A stretch of 64,000 nucleotides of DNA, taken from assembly GCA_016748015.1 (NCBI GenBank), contig JAAOMT010000786.1, positions 772,513-836,512 on the forward strand, read 5' to 3'. Position numbers and translations under genes: made by a program. This DNA is from Geosiphon pyriformis uo1. Its lineage: Eukaryota; Fungi; Glomeromycota. Under the pieces are notes generated by a model. It did no database searches. It was not told the origin of the DNA and worked only from the letters and a program-made list of their open reading frames with translations. This document shows positions 38,720-53,069 of this stretch, in pieces. The stretch's first letter is position 1. Each line of letters starts with the position of its first letter.

Positions 38720-41405
38720 GATCTTCTGATTACAATGAAAGCATAAAGTGATTAAAGAGATAATTTTTTCTATTCTCTTTCCTTTTAAGTTTTTGCAGTT
38801 ATTTTTTTTAATATACTTGTATTTGTTGTCATAAAACTGGTGGGCTCTTTTGCTAATGGGTCTGATTCTGATACAGTTGGGTTGAGGACCTGGTCTGGCA
38901 TTAAAAGCAAGAAGTGTGCTGAAGGTGTATATTTTTGCAGTACATCATACAAGAAGCCAAAGAAACCTGAAGCTGCTAAAAAGATGGTGAATTTGTCAGC
39001 TGGTTCTTTTTTTCTTGGTGATTTGGGTTTTGATAAGGTTGGTTGTAAGAAGTTTTAGAACAGTAAAGTAGAAAATGATGACACCAGTATTAGTAAAATT
39101 TTGAACATTGAAAATATAAAGAACACAATTACTAAAAAGACTAGTTACCTAAACTCAAATACATCTAAAACTAATAAGATAATAGACAATATTATGCTAA
39201 AAAAGACATGAATTAAGATATTTATTGTTAGTTATCTGTCAAAGACTCTTTTATTTGATAATATAAGTGATAATGATGAAATTCTGGTGTTCTTGTCTTC
39301 TAAGTTTAATGAATTGAAGCAGTTGTTATTGGTTGGATTATGTATTTTGAATAGACATAACTTTAACTCGGTTAAATTTTTTGCTTTAAATATTAATCTT
39401 TCTGCTATTTCTGGTAAATTTTTTAGTAATAAGTTAATAATAGTAAAAAAGAATCTTTTATTATGTTGATGGTTTTGGAAGTGCTTTTACTCTCTCAAAA
39501 TTTTCAGAAATTATTATATTATCTTTTATATTAGAATTTAGTTTAAATAAGACAAGAGATTTGATTGTCAATAAGAAAATTTTGGTTAATAATGATTTAA
39601 GAAAAGTAAACAACCATTCAGATTGGGAAGTGATCGTCAAAAAAATTCCAGTTAATCTTCTTAAATTAGCCATAGAATCAGTTTTTTCCAAATTTGGCAA
39701 AATTACTTCAATCAAAATGTAACTGATTAGTCTTTGGCAAAAGACTTTGGTAAAGTTTGAGTTAGTAAATGTTGCCAGTCTGATTGCTTCTAAATGATCA
39801 GTTCTCATGGGAAAAAAATCAGTGTGTGTAACAAAAGCTGTTGATGATAAACAAACATAAGTATCCAGAAATTAACATTGGGCTTTGCTGTATATTTTGC
39901 CAGTTGAGACTACTGTTCATAATCTTTTTGATCTGTTATTATCTTATGGTGGGAAAACTTGTATTATTGGCCATAATCTATTTATGTATGTTTGTAATAG
40001 ATGTGTAGTTGTTTGTTTTGATAGTAAGATATTAAAAAATAGTGCTATTGGTTTTTTGCTGGTTTTCAAGAATGTGAATTTGTACTGAACTGGTCTTTCT
40101 TTGGTCTGTTATTCTTAGTGCAAACAATTTAGTCATGTTTTTAACATGTGTTTTATGGATAAGAATTCTAGTGTTTATGGTAAACGAGTAGTATCCTCTT
40201 ATAATTAGGTTTGTTTGGCTAATATTTATAAGAAAAAACAAGCACTAATTGTCCATCCTGTGTCTTTTAGTGGTAAATTTTGGGCTTAAATTGCTGATGG
40301 TTCTCTTTTTCATGTAGGCTCTTTAGCTCCTAGTGCTGGTTTGTCTTTAGGTGTGAAATTTTTTTTACCAGGCTTTGTTCCTCTTATTAATTTTTGTTTG
40401 ATTAATTATCTGGCTTCTTTAAAGTGCTCTATAAAGCTTTTGGCTAATCAAGTGTCTATTATTACAAAAAAATTAAGCTTTGTTGAATTGGTGTTTTTAA
40501 TATTCATCTTTTATGTTTTCTATCTGGCTGTTTCTGTTTTATCAGTTTTGAATTTGAATTCAGATATGATTATGGATAATCCATTGGTGTTATCTATTTC
40601 TTTTTTTTCAGTGGTTAAAAGTGCGTCTTCTGAGTTCAGTTTAAGTAGTTCAAAGATTTTGACCACTAAGATGGGTGGTTTGGAATTAAAAATAGTTGCT
40701 TTGAAAGTATCTGTTAACTTGGTTTTGAAAAAATTGGATTGTTTGTGTTCTGTTTTAGATCTTTTAGCTCTTTTTTCATCTTAATAACAGATTTGGCTTA
40801 AAGGTTTACTATATGTAATATTAGAGGTATTAATGTTCTTGCAAAACAAAAAGATGTTATTTGTTAACATATAAATTTGGGTAACATGATTTCTTTTATT
40901 ATGAAGACAAAATTAAGATCTAATATCAAATTATGGATAGCAAATAAGTTTGAAAAAGTACAAATTTTCATGTTTGGTTTGGAAAAAGGCTTTCTTGGTA
41001 CTAAGATAGTTATTATTATGAACAATTTTTTGGCTTATCATGTGTTTAAAATAAAGAAAATTCTTGGTTGGGTTATTTCAGTGCAACTTTTGTTCAAGAA
41101 CAAGCTTTCAGTTACAGTTCTAAATTTGTATGCTGGTGCTTTTTCTGAGACTAGATTTGATCAGACTTCTAAAGTTAATTTTTTCATTGCTAAAGCTGTT
41201 AACTCCAGCACTTTTGTGGTCTTGGGTGAGAATTTTAATAAAAATGGATTTGGAAAGAATGCAAGTTTTAGGTCTAGGCTTGGTTAATTTATTTTATGGG
41301 CATTTTTTAGGCAAAACTTCTACTTAGAGCAATTTAAAGAGTGTCAAAAAGGTTATCAATTACATTTTTGTCAATGAAAGTTTATTATTAGCAGTTGCTG
41401 GTTAT
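38720..41405 (+). mobile_element. LINE-like (APE-type) retrotransposon 5' part: ORF1 (about 38830-40784) and ORF2 AP-endonuclease (about 40785-41405), truncated and decayed
   Basis: ORF1 has RRM-like IESVFSKFGKITSIKM*LISLWQK. ORF2 has decayed APE motifs in order: TICNIRG (TxNVRG), MKTKL (ETK), GTKIVIIM (GVAI), LNLYAG, VVLGENFN (GDFN) and INYIFV (IDYI). Confidence 0.8.
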
Positions 41406-43072
41406 GACAAAATAACTATATATTTTTTAGTAAACTTCCAGATAAGCAATTTTTGAAAAAAAGTTGACACTTATTACAACATAACTATACAAAATAATTG
41501 GCATAGAATTGGTTATTTTACTTATAAGTCCAGCAGTTCAAATTATAAAAGATAATTTAAAGATAAATTCAGTTATTAGAAATTCAACTACTTTTAGAAA
41601 ACATGAATTTACAGTGAACAAACATTTATGGTACTTAAAAAAAGAGACCAAAATCCTTCAATAATATTAAAAATGTGTTTATTTTTTATAAATATGCATA
41701 TTTCTGAAAATATGCTTACATATTTAGTATTATTTTTTTATTGGCCTATTTTTATAATCTGTTTTTCTATTTTTTTTTGGTATTTTTTTTCTATGAATAA
41801 CAACATTTTTTTAAAATTTGAATTAATATTGTTACAAATTAATAAAAATCAAATACTTTAAAAACAACAAATTTTTTAATTATTCTACTTAATATCTTCC
41901 TAATTTTAATTAATGTTTTAAAATTGATTAGCTACTAATTTCAGTAATTTGTTAATAATTTTAGGCCTGAATTATAAACAATTCTTTTAACAAAATTTTC
42001 TTTCTTTTATATTTTTTTTATTTTTCTTATTATATATATTAAAGTAATTTACAAATAAGATTTATAGAAGAATTAACTTTTATAGCAAAGTAACTACACA
42101 CTTTTAATAAGTTTTTAAATAGGCATTTCTTGAAAAAAAGTTGTTTTCTATTACAAAGTAACTATATAAACAATTAATACAGAATTGTTTATTCTATTTA
42201 TAAGCCTAGTAGTTTAAATTATAAAAAATAATTTAAAAATAAATTCAGTTATTGAAAATTTAACAGTTTTTAAAAAATGTGAATTTACAGCAAAAAAGTA
42301 TTAACAGCATTCAAAAAAAAGTAGAAAAACTTTCAGTAATATTTGGTGCTCTTTTAAAAATAATATAATAACAATTAAATTAAAGTAGTAATCATATTAA
42401 ATATAACAACTTTAAAGTACTATCAGTTAATTTACACTCATTATAAACAATGATTTAAAATCTAAGATAGAATTACAGCTTTTAAGAAAACATTTTTTCA
42501 ATATATTAAAAATTGAATCAATAATTATCTCTTTAAAAACTACAATATTACAAAAGTTAAGTAAAATTTTTTTAAAAATCTTATTTATTACTCAAACAAA
42601 AATCCAAAAAATATTAGTGCTAATAATTATGCTACTTATTTTAAAAAACTTAATTACAATTTTATTAAGTTTTATAAAAAAAAATATTCTGTTAATTTAC
42701 AATTTGTTTTTAAATTCGAATCTGAATCTGAAACTAGTAGCAAAAACAAAAAAAAATATTTAATCAGTTTATACAACTCCTAATATACTAAAGACAACTT
42801 TTTAATACTTGTAAATATCTAAACAAAAAATTAGTTCTAAATTATCACTTTTTATTACATCTTTTTTAACTTTGTTTGTTTAAACATAAACACTAAATTT
42901 ATTATTTAATTAATTTTTAAGACCAAAAAATTTTACCAAAAGCCTAATTTAACAGCCAAAACTAATCTATATTAGCATTAATTTTTTTAATTATTTAACA
43001 AAAAACTAAAGTAAAAATTCAGAAACATTAACTTATAAAAAAACACTTCTGAGCCAATTAAAGAAGAAAAAG

Positions 43073-43109
<37 letters not shown>

Positions 43110-43176
43110 AAAAAAATAGAGAAAATACATCAAGGCAATTTGTTACATTAGTATTTNNNNNNNNNNNNNNNNNNNN

Positions 43177-43207
<31 letters not shown>

Positions 43208-43700
43208 GTAAAAAACATATTAGTAATAATTAAAACAAAGAAATAACCACTATTTGTATTACAAAAATTTCTGAATTTTCAAAAAAAAACTCTGAAACCA
43301 GTTCTCAAAAATGATTTGATAAAGTTACCAAAACCAGAAATATTATAGATAAAATATAATCAGAATATTAAAAACAATTTTTTATTTTTTACAAAAAAAA
43401 CTTAATAATATTTTTTGTTAACTGGTTAGTTTTTAAAACTGTTTTTTTTTAAACAGTTTATTAGCAACAATACTTTAATTACTTCTCAAAATTATTTTTA
43501 AAACATTAAACAAAAACTTGTAAAATCTGTTATAATCTATTTTAGAAAGTTTAACAAATTTTTCCAAAGAATCAAACAGTTAGAAAACAATAACTATTAC
43601 CTAAATATCCAATTATTGAATCAATTTGTTATTAAATTAAAAGATAAACTTATTAAAAAAGTTTGATTATATACACTTGAAGATTTAACCACTTATAAAT
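41405..43700 (+). mobile_element. Ty3/gypsy-like LTR retrotransposon relic (LTR-like region, PBS-like site, gag fragment)
   Basis: Diverged duplicate of about 230 bp at ~41405 and ~42083. GTAATA-TTTGGTGCTC at ~42336-42351 resembles an LTR end plus PBS. Gag-like translation at 43260-43690: NWLVFKTVF..QF...F*NIKQK...SV..YF.KFNK...LLNQFV..LKDKLIKKV. Confidence 0.45.
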
Positions 43701-46700
43701 TTTTTGTATATCTTAACTTTAATTAAACTATTCATTAAATAATATTATTAATTGAATTATAAATTTTTTGTATATTCTATAAAATTAACCAAAGCTTAAA
43801 ATTTTTTTTTAATATATTTTTTATTATTGAATTTATTACAAAAATTAAAAATTGAATCAAAGTATTTTTTAAAAGTAAAAAACTGATTTATATAATAGAC
43901 AAAAATTCAACAAATTTAAAAACATTTTTAAAAAAAATTTATTATAATGTTTTAATAATACTAAACAAATTAATAGTCTTTTTATTTAAAAGTTTTTTAA
44001 TTATATTAAGTATTTTATTATAATTTATTGTATTTATTATTATTAAAAAAATATTATTATTAACATAAGCTAAAAACAAATATTAATTATATTACAAATT
44101 AGAAATATTGTTCAAAACTGCTTTTTTTTATTCAATTTTTTAAAATTATGTCTATTTTTAACTTAATTTTATTAAAATTTAAAACTAGCTTATTTTTTAC
44201 AACCAAATAATTCAGAATTATTTTATAAAATACTTATTTTAACATATTTTTAATAATATAGTCTTTATTAATAACAAATTTAATTTTTCACTTTTTAGTT
44301 CTATAAAATTCAATAAATTTAAATATACAATATAATTTTTTTATATTAAATAAAATAAATTTAACTTTATTATTACTAATATTTAAATTTAACAATACTT
44401 AAATACTTAAAGTTTTGGTATTATTAAAAAACAATTAACAATTTATTAAAAAAATAAGTTTATTATTAGGTTTTAGTTTTAATAATTTAATTATTTTTAA
44501 AACCAAAATTTTTAATCTATAAAATCTAAAAAAAAATTTAGTAAAAACATTATTAAATTTTTAAATCATATTTTAACAAATATTTTATTAAACAAGAAAT
44601 ACACAATTTTCTAAATAATATTTTATATTACATTTAAATTAAATATCTTTTTTAAAGCAAAAAACTTATCTAAATACATTGCAATATTAGTTAGTAAAAC
44701 ATTTTTAAAACATTTTTATTTTAAATTATTAGTATTTTTAAGATTAAACTTTTATTTGTTTTTATTAATTTCTCTTTAAAAAAAGTTTAATTATATGTTT
44801 AGCAATTTATTCAAACTTATTAAAATAAAAGTAACTTGATAATTAATGTTAAAAAAATTTTTAATATTCAAAATATTATAACTAATAACTATATTAATAA
44901 AATTTATAAAAACATATAAGTAATTAATAGTTTTTTCTGCTTTTTTTAAGTTTTTTTATGTAATAATTTTAATTATTAAACTTTTTATTAGAAAATTAAC
45001 CAAATTTAAATCCAAATAGTTTTTAAAATTAACACATTAATAAGATTTATTTTTATTAAAATTATTATTTAATATTATAAATAAAAACTTATTTACAGTT
45101 TTTATGATTAATAAATTAATTTTATTAGTCTAAACTATATATATAACCAAGAAAATACTAATATAAAACCCCAAAATTAAAACAAAAAATTTGGTTTTAA
45201 AAAGCAATTTAATTAACAAAAACTAATTAATAATTTTAAAAACCATATATATATATTTAATTAAACAATTATTTATAATAATTATAATATTAAAATTAAA
45301 ATAATTAAAATTTAAACCAAATGTATAAACTTAAATATTATTAAATTTATTTACAATTCAAAGCCAAATTTTGTTTTTTGGTTTTGTTTTAATAACTATA
45401 AAAATTAAATTGTTTATTTTTTTATATTATTTTATAATATTTTTTTGTTTTATAAAATTATTTATATCTTTTATATTATATATAATAATTTTTTATATTA
45501 AACAAATTATTAAGATAAAAAAAAAATTATACTTAAAGCTAAAATAAAATTATTAATTTTATAATAAACTTTAATAAACTTTTTATTTGCAATTTTATCT
45601 TAACAAAATTTATTAATACCAAAAAACTAAAAACAATAACAATTTTATTATTAATAGTTGTATTTAAATCTTTATTGCTATATTTCTAACTTAATTCTGC
45701 AATAGTAAGATTATTAATAATTTATATTTAAGATAAAATTAAGAAATAATTAATATAAATATATTTAATTTTTTTATTAACTTTTTAATTTATTTTATAA
45801 AATTAACAAAACTGTATTTTAAATTAATAAATCTTAAATTGATTTTATTAAACATTAATAAAAAAAGTTTAATTATATAAAAAAAATCAGAATTAAACAA
45901 ATTACCAAAAATTTCATAAAAAAAAACTTTTAACAATTAAAATCCAAGTTTTATTACCAAAAAAAACTGGTTAAAAGATTAAAGTGAATTTTTTAATATA
46001 AATAGCAGTCAATTTACTTTTATTTAAATTTAAAAAAGATTTTTTTATATGTTTACTTAATATATATTAACTATTAAATCACAATTATAAAATATATAAT
46101 TGAATTTACTATAAGCTAAACATATTGCTAAAGTTAAATAAAATTAATAAAAAACAATACTTTTTATAATTAAAACTGTAATTAAAGCTTTTAACAAATA
46201 TTTTTCAGATTTAAAACAAATAATTACATATTATATATAATATAATTAAAATTAATAATACAAGTTTTTTTATTAATTAAACCAATATAATTTTACAGAT
46301 TATAAGTATCTATGTTTATTAGCAAAATATAAAGCAAAATTTTATAAAAGTTTCTAAATTTTATAATAATTTGTTATTATTAGTTTTTATTATTTAAACT
46401 GTATTTTTCAATAAAAATTAATTATTTTAAAACAAAAAAATTAATTTGATCTAATTTAACAAATTTTATTACAGCTTTTTGTTATAGTTTTATTAATTAT
46501 ATCAAATTCAAATAGTATAATATATACAGTTTTATAGATGTTTTTACATAAATTTTTTTTAAAATTATAGTTTAACTTAAATAAATATTTAATTTTTTTA
46601 GATTAATGTTTATTACAATATTTCTATTATTAACTAAATTTACTGTTTTTAACATACTAAATTCTAAAATAAAAGTTACATAAATAATATCATTAAATTT

Positions 46701-48031
46701 TGAAAAGATAAAAACTTTTTTTATAACAATTTTTTTTTAATTATTAATTAATGTTTAAAGTAAATAATTTTCAAATAAAAATATTTACTAAAATTTTAAA
46801 AAAAGATAAAAGCAGTAAAAATTTTTTTAAGTTATTAATAATATAAAAAAAATTACTTTTTTTTAGAGATTTTTCTAGTAATTATTTAGTAACTATTTTA
46901 GACTTTTTAAAAATTATAAACATGTTATTATTATTTAGATTTTCATTATTATTAAAATAAATACTAATTTTTTTAACAAAATTATTTTTTATTATGTTTA
47001 TATTATCTGATTTAATTATGTTATTAACTTTAAATCTACTTAGTTTATCTATTATAAAAAGCTTTTATTAAGTAAAAATGCCAAATCTATTTTTTAAGTC
47101 TTTTAAATTACTATTTTTGTATTTTTTTCTAGAAGTTAAAGTCATATCAACTTTGGTAAAGCTTGATTTTTTCACTGTTTTTTTATACTAAATTCACTAA
47201 CATAATTAATAATTTTGTATTCAAATAAAAATAGTTTAAAAGTATTTAATTAAATAATTAATATATAATAAAAACCAAAAAAAAACTTTTCTTAAAAAAT
47301 ATGCTCTTTAAAAAGTTTAAAATAGACTAGAAAAAAAAGTTTATTTAATTAAAACTTAATAATACATAACAAAAATAATATATATTAAGAATAATTTATA
47401 TATTTTTTATATGTAGTTAATTATTTTAACTTATATATTTTTATTTATTTATTTAATAAATGTGGTGTAACCACTACTTAATGTAATTAAAACTATTCTA
47501 AATAATAGAAATATTGTAATAAACAATTTGTTTTTATCTTATTTAAATATTTATTTAACAATTTTTATTATAAACATAACTATTTATCTATACTTTAATA
47601 ATTTTTTATTATATTTTAAAGCAGAACTTTGTATCTTGCATAAAATTACCAATTTATTAATCTTAAAAAAAATAATTATTAATGAATTCCATAAGAGCAT
47701 TTAAGAAATATTCATGAATTGATTAGAGAAAACTTGGTATAATTTATAAAGCAAATATACATAGAGATTTATTAATGAATATAGTATATTTTTATATTTT
47801 TAAAAATAAAACCAATATACAAAATACAAAATCAAAAAATCCAAGCATGGAATATTTTTACCACCCCACCACAGTATATAGAAAAATTACGAAAAATGTC
47901 AGATTTATGATAATCGGCCGATGGTACGAAAAAAGATTATCTACTTTCATCATGAAAGAATTTATGATCAAAAAGTCTCCAAGTGGTCGTAGACAGAATT
48001 CATTCAATTTCGATTGAATCGACTAGAGTTA

Positions 48032-49222
48032 TTACGTAGATGATGATTGATCATCAAAATTTTTTAAAAGCTTTTTTAACGCGTCCAATTCGACTTCCAA
48101 AGCATGAATACGTTTTCTTGTCTCCGTGACACTCATCTGCTGAATGGATTTTTTCGGCGAAAGAGTGGATTCCGAAATGGTATGGTCATGATAATCTTGT
48201 GAACGATTGTCCTCATCATCACGAATGTGTAGGAAAACGGGTTGGTCACCAATATTTCCAATTTTAAGAACACTAGGTTTTTCGTTTAAATTTTTGTCAT
48301 TTTCTATGTGTTGATGATCTTCATTCATCTGTACCTCAATCTCTTTGGTTTCTAACATATTCACCGCTTTCACTTTGCTCTTTTGATCCCACCAATACAA
48401 TGGATATTTTCTTTGTAAATTATTCAAAAGTAAAGCGACGACAAACATAAGTGATACACCAAGCAAGGTTGGGGCTATTAAGTATAAAAACCCCAAATTA
48501 TAAATTTTGGGCCCTCCGCTGACTGCTATCAACGCGGTTGCACCCCCAGGAGGGTGTACGGTTTTTGTCAATTGCATGAAAAACATTGAGAGTGAAACCG
48601 CAAATGCACAAATTAACCAACGATGAGAAGTATCATTATTGGGGTCATCATGAATAATAGAGAAGATGCGATTTATAGAGACGCCAATGAACGCTGAGAT
48701 CAAGTGGCCAAAAACTGGGGATGAATTGAAAGAGTGTGATTTGAATTTTCAGCCAAAATAAAAGTTTTCCAACATATGTAGATTTGATGATTGCTTACAT
48801 GTGTTTTTTGGTTGTGCTAATGGAGAATCAATAGAGCCATAAATTAAGATAGCAGTAGCTCCCTTAAAAAATTTCAATCAAGATATCTTTAATTTCAACG
48901 ACCAACACTAGATCAAAATTTCACAAAAAATCCATGCCCAATAAAATAAAATCAGAAAATTTACCAAACTCCCAATAAAGACAGGCACGTCACGTTCATC
49001 AAAAAACGTGGAATTATAGGATAATCCGGTCACGAGAGCAATTCCACTAAATGATCCCACAAAAGACCAAAAATAAATGGCAAACTTAGATGGGTTTACC
49101 GAAAGATTAGACCCTTTTTGACCAAGGAAACGAAAAAAATAATTTTTTAGCCACATTATAAGAGTATGCTGAAATTCCGGTTCCTGTATCTGATCATTAG
49201 GAACGAAATTTGGTTGAGACAT
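48032..49222 (-). CDS. HPP-family integral membrane protein; 3 exons
   Basis: Exons 49222-48965, 48862-48799 and 48714-48032. SLGATAILIYGSIDSPLAQPKN..FGHLISA...MQLTKTVHPPGGATALIAV...NNLQRKYP.YW. Confidence 0.92.
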
Positions 49223-50565
49223 TGAGGAAAAAAAACCAGTTGTGTTGAGTCATGATTTCAATGAAAATGATGGCCTTTATAATTCGTTATTTTTAACACA
49301 GCAAATGTATATATTTGTAATCCATTTAAGGGATATACGTGGAATGATGTCATATATTAAGAAACTTTCCTTCTTTTCATTTTTTTTCGATCTTTTCTGT
49401 GAAAGGAAGATTCGGTAGAAATAAAGAAAATTTCCGATAATATATGATCGCCAAATTAAAAATAGTTTATTGATTTTTTGACTTTTTATATACATACAAG
49501 TTTGATTATTTGTATATGCATTATGTATTTAATAACATCATATGTAGTCGGGTGATCATTGTGAACGGTACTGATTGATCATTATTTATCAATTTACAGC
49601 GGCTTTTTGCGAGATCTATTTACTAAATCTTTTGACCTTTGAAACGATCAGAGAGAAAGTGAAAGTAAGTTTTATTTTCATATAAAGTATTAAACGCTTA
49701 TTTAATTATCCAAGCTTTCCATTTTATTTCGTTGTGATATCCTAGTCATCCCAAATTATAAATGAAAGTAGTTTCGAATTCACTTGGTTATGAGGGTATA
49801 TGGAAATTTTACAATTTACCTCTCGCATGACTAATTTTCAATTGAAAGATGCATGGAATTTCATCGAGTTAATGATTGATGGATGGAAACTCCCAAGAAT
49901 GAATTCAATTTTACAATATATTGGATCTAACAATCAAAACATTAAGAAATCTCAAGCCCAAGAAAGCTAAAGCAATCCATACCATCAAATATATTATTAT
50001 GAATATAAAAATCATTTTTATTAGACCAATCTCAACTGACTAATTTATTAAACATTACTCGATTAAAATGTTCGAACGCTCGATCAATTTGTACAATATT
50101 GCTTGCTAAAAAAGAGATATCAAGCTTTAAAACCTCTGATCCCCGAGCAATAAAATATGTGTATATAAACAAATGGGACGGTTGTAAAAATAATTTTGGT
50201 TCTTTCCCGTTTCCTTTTCCTAACGGAACTAATATCCTAGACCAAAAGTAAGAGAAAAGAAAGAAAGGTTTGGATCTCACCAGAGAATAGAAAAATCCAA
50301 AATATTCAATCTGAAAAGAAGAGTGAATTATAAAAAATATAAATCGCTTTACAAGAATTATTTTAAATTAGAGTAAATATAATGTTCATAAAATATTATA
50401 TTTTGAAAGGCAGGATAGTAAAATTGTTTCATATCTTTACGCGTTTTGATTTTTGAATGGAAAACCAAGATGTCGATAGAATTCCAAGTTCGAACTGTAA
50501 CACCCACATAATAAGAAGGTAGAAGTATAGTGCCCGCGAAGATATTCCTGCTCTATAATTGATTT

Positions 50566-51386
50566 TTAACGCATCATCTTTTTGCAATTTCTTTTTTCGT
50601 TAAATTTTTCAAGTTCTGGTTTGTTTTGTTGTGTCATGCCAACATCTTTCAATACTACAACCTGTTCAAATTTGTTACCCAGATCTGTCAGAAACTGGTC
50701 GACGTTTCTATTGTGACCGGTATAAAAGCCCACCAACTTCATCGAGACCTTGTAAATTGTTAATTCTTCCGTGATGGTTATACGAGTTGATTCTTTATCA
50801 ATGGGCTCGATTTCAATGAACCAGCTACCGTTGACGTGACTTCCTTTTTCGCGTACGATCTGTAAAGATGGGCAGATTGGCAAAGTAAGAAATTCAATTA
50901 TTTCGAAATAATTGAATCTTATTTGCTTTAGGGCCAAAAAAAGAAGTATCGATTTCAAAAAGTTCCTCTTCTTACTTCGCGTTTTAACATTCTCCCCTCC
51001 CAGCGATCAACTACGCGATATTTGGTGTTCCCGGAAGGAGTAAACTCTCGAAACCATTCAAATCCGTCAGCAGGTATATGGCCGGGTAAATTGGTTTCCA
51101 CTTTTGTAACCGTTGAACGCCATCTTGGATATGAACCAAACTCGGTTATTACGTTCCATATTTTATGGCTCGGTAATGGTAACTCAGCGGTTCTTTTGCA
51201 CACATGATGCTTCGGGATTAAAAGAACAACAAGGAACACTAATGAGGGAATGGCAATTAACAGAAAAACTGCAAAAGGTCCAAGTGTAGTGCATGCCGCT
51301 GAGAGAGACGGTGTGGACGGCAATACGCTCAAGAATCCATGAAGGTTAAGGTCAACGTTATATGACACTGCTGATAAGTGGAACAT
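50566..51386 (-). CDS. Membrane-anchored SRPBCC (START/polyketide cyclase-like) protein; 2 exons
   Basis: Exons 51386-50976 and 50859-50566 (GTAAG...TACAG). A hydrophobic segment is followed by IPKHHVCKR...KIWNVITEFGSYPRWRSTVTKVE...GSWFIEIEP...TRITITEE. Start codon uncertain. Confidence 0.75.
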
Positions 51387-53069
51387 TATTGGGTAGTCTA
51401 AGAATCTGTTTAGCCACAACAATTGTATATCTAATTTTGGTGTGTATGTGATGAAGATTTTATGTAAAGCAGAGAGCAAGAAGGGAAATATTATAATAAG
51501 TGACGCGTTCACAAGAAAATATGCACTTGTCCTAGATTTTATTTATCAAGGCTAAAAAGATCTCTTTGCCCAAAGTTAATCCGCGCGCAAAGTGAGGACA
51601 GGTGAAGTTGCACTTTTCAACATAGAAATAAACAAAACTTAGATTTTAATGTGAGAAGGTATTTTTGCCGATAAGGGGTTAAGTTTATACTCAAACTGAG
51701 AGAACCCCGAATGAGAACTTATGTTGTGTGAACGTTTACCAAAAACGCGTTTGCATCTTTGTGATCATCTATCTTGCAGCATAAATAATCATGTGTGACG
51801 TCAAACTAAGGGTTTGTGAAATTATTAATTTATTCTGGTCATTTGGCAATTGTTAATTGTAAGTTTTGAACCTTGATCCTGGTGATCTTTGGGATTTTCG
51901 GAATTCTATTAAAATAGTCATTTCGTATTTTGCAACCTTCTCGAAAACAGCCATAGAGATGATAAAAAGTAGATTTTTTCGCTGTAAAACTTTCACTCAT
52001 TTTTTAAAGCAAAAACCCGACAAAGACGCGATCAATGGCATCATCTTAAAGATAAAAGATTTTGGTTAGTATTAACAAAAAAGCATGCAGATTGTAACGC
52101 GTTGTTTGATGATTTTCGGTGAATCATCCCACGCTTTAAAATGAAGCTGCGGTGCGTTGATCCCATCTCGTGCGATCGGCTATTAAGCTCTTTATTTAAT
52201 AGCATGTCTTCAGCCGAAACGGGTTTGAATTTAAAAAATCGAAAATTTCACTGATCAACATACCCAAAAATAATGACTCATTCACCTTGTGGTTTATTAG
52301 CAACATGTAAAAGTCTCCTTGTTTCGAGCAAATAATTTAGAGTGAAACCCGTTTCATTCAAGATATCTTGAACGACAGTAAGATCAAATTTTTTATAGAA
52401 TTTAGGAGTAAAGGTACAATGAAAAATGTTTGTACACAAAGTTTCTCCTTTAGGACCCAAAAATCGGAATCTCACGTGAATCAAGTCGCTAACCTTTGTT
52501 CGATAAGGTTTGAATGCAAATTAAATTATAATTCTTTCATGTATGCGCGAAAATTTCCGGAAGGAATCTGGATTTTCTCATTAAGAAGGTCCATTTATAA
52601 ATGATTTATAAATGATTTTTAAACCATTGGATATTTCATAATTCACACAAGAGAAAATCTGAAGGTCTTAGTATTAAGGCCAATCCGGGTATGGTAACTT
52701 CTATACCATGTGGGAAAAATAAACCTACGTCACACAATTGTGAAGGCTCCATGAACTTTATCCAAAGGACAATAGCATGACCTGTTTTTAGTATCCTTGT
52801 GAATTGTTCCAATTTCAGCCGTTCTTTTCATAGATTCTTTATCCTGATCAAGTTTCTTGGCTTCAATCCTGGTTTCTTTAGTTTTTAGTAATTGTCAAAG
52901 AAATCTGAGCGTGAGAACCTCAGTCCACATAAGCACCATACAGCCTTATTTGGATCAAATTGCCATTAAAAGAATGCCTCTAATATTTTTATTATGTATT
53001 AACTATTAATATAATATTAGTGTAGAATATTTATTATTTTACAATTTGCTGCTCTTCATAAAAAATCCA

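Larger units (their letters stand above)
33640..47740. repeat. About 14 kb AT-rich block of nested decayed retroelements
   Basis: Sharp compositional borders next to the SIN3 promoter and the HPP 3' end. CpG is nearly absent. Contains the elements listed separately and a 20-N gap at 43157-43176. Confidence 0.8.

Noticed and set aside
50480-50500. GTTCGAA as a tRNA T-loop
   Set aside because: No cloverleaf or A box; only a short palindrome.
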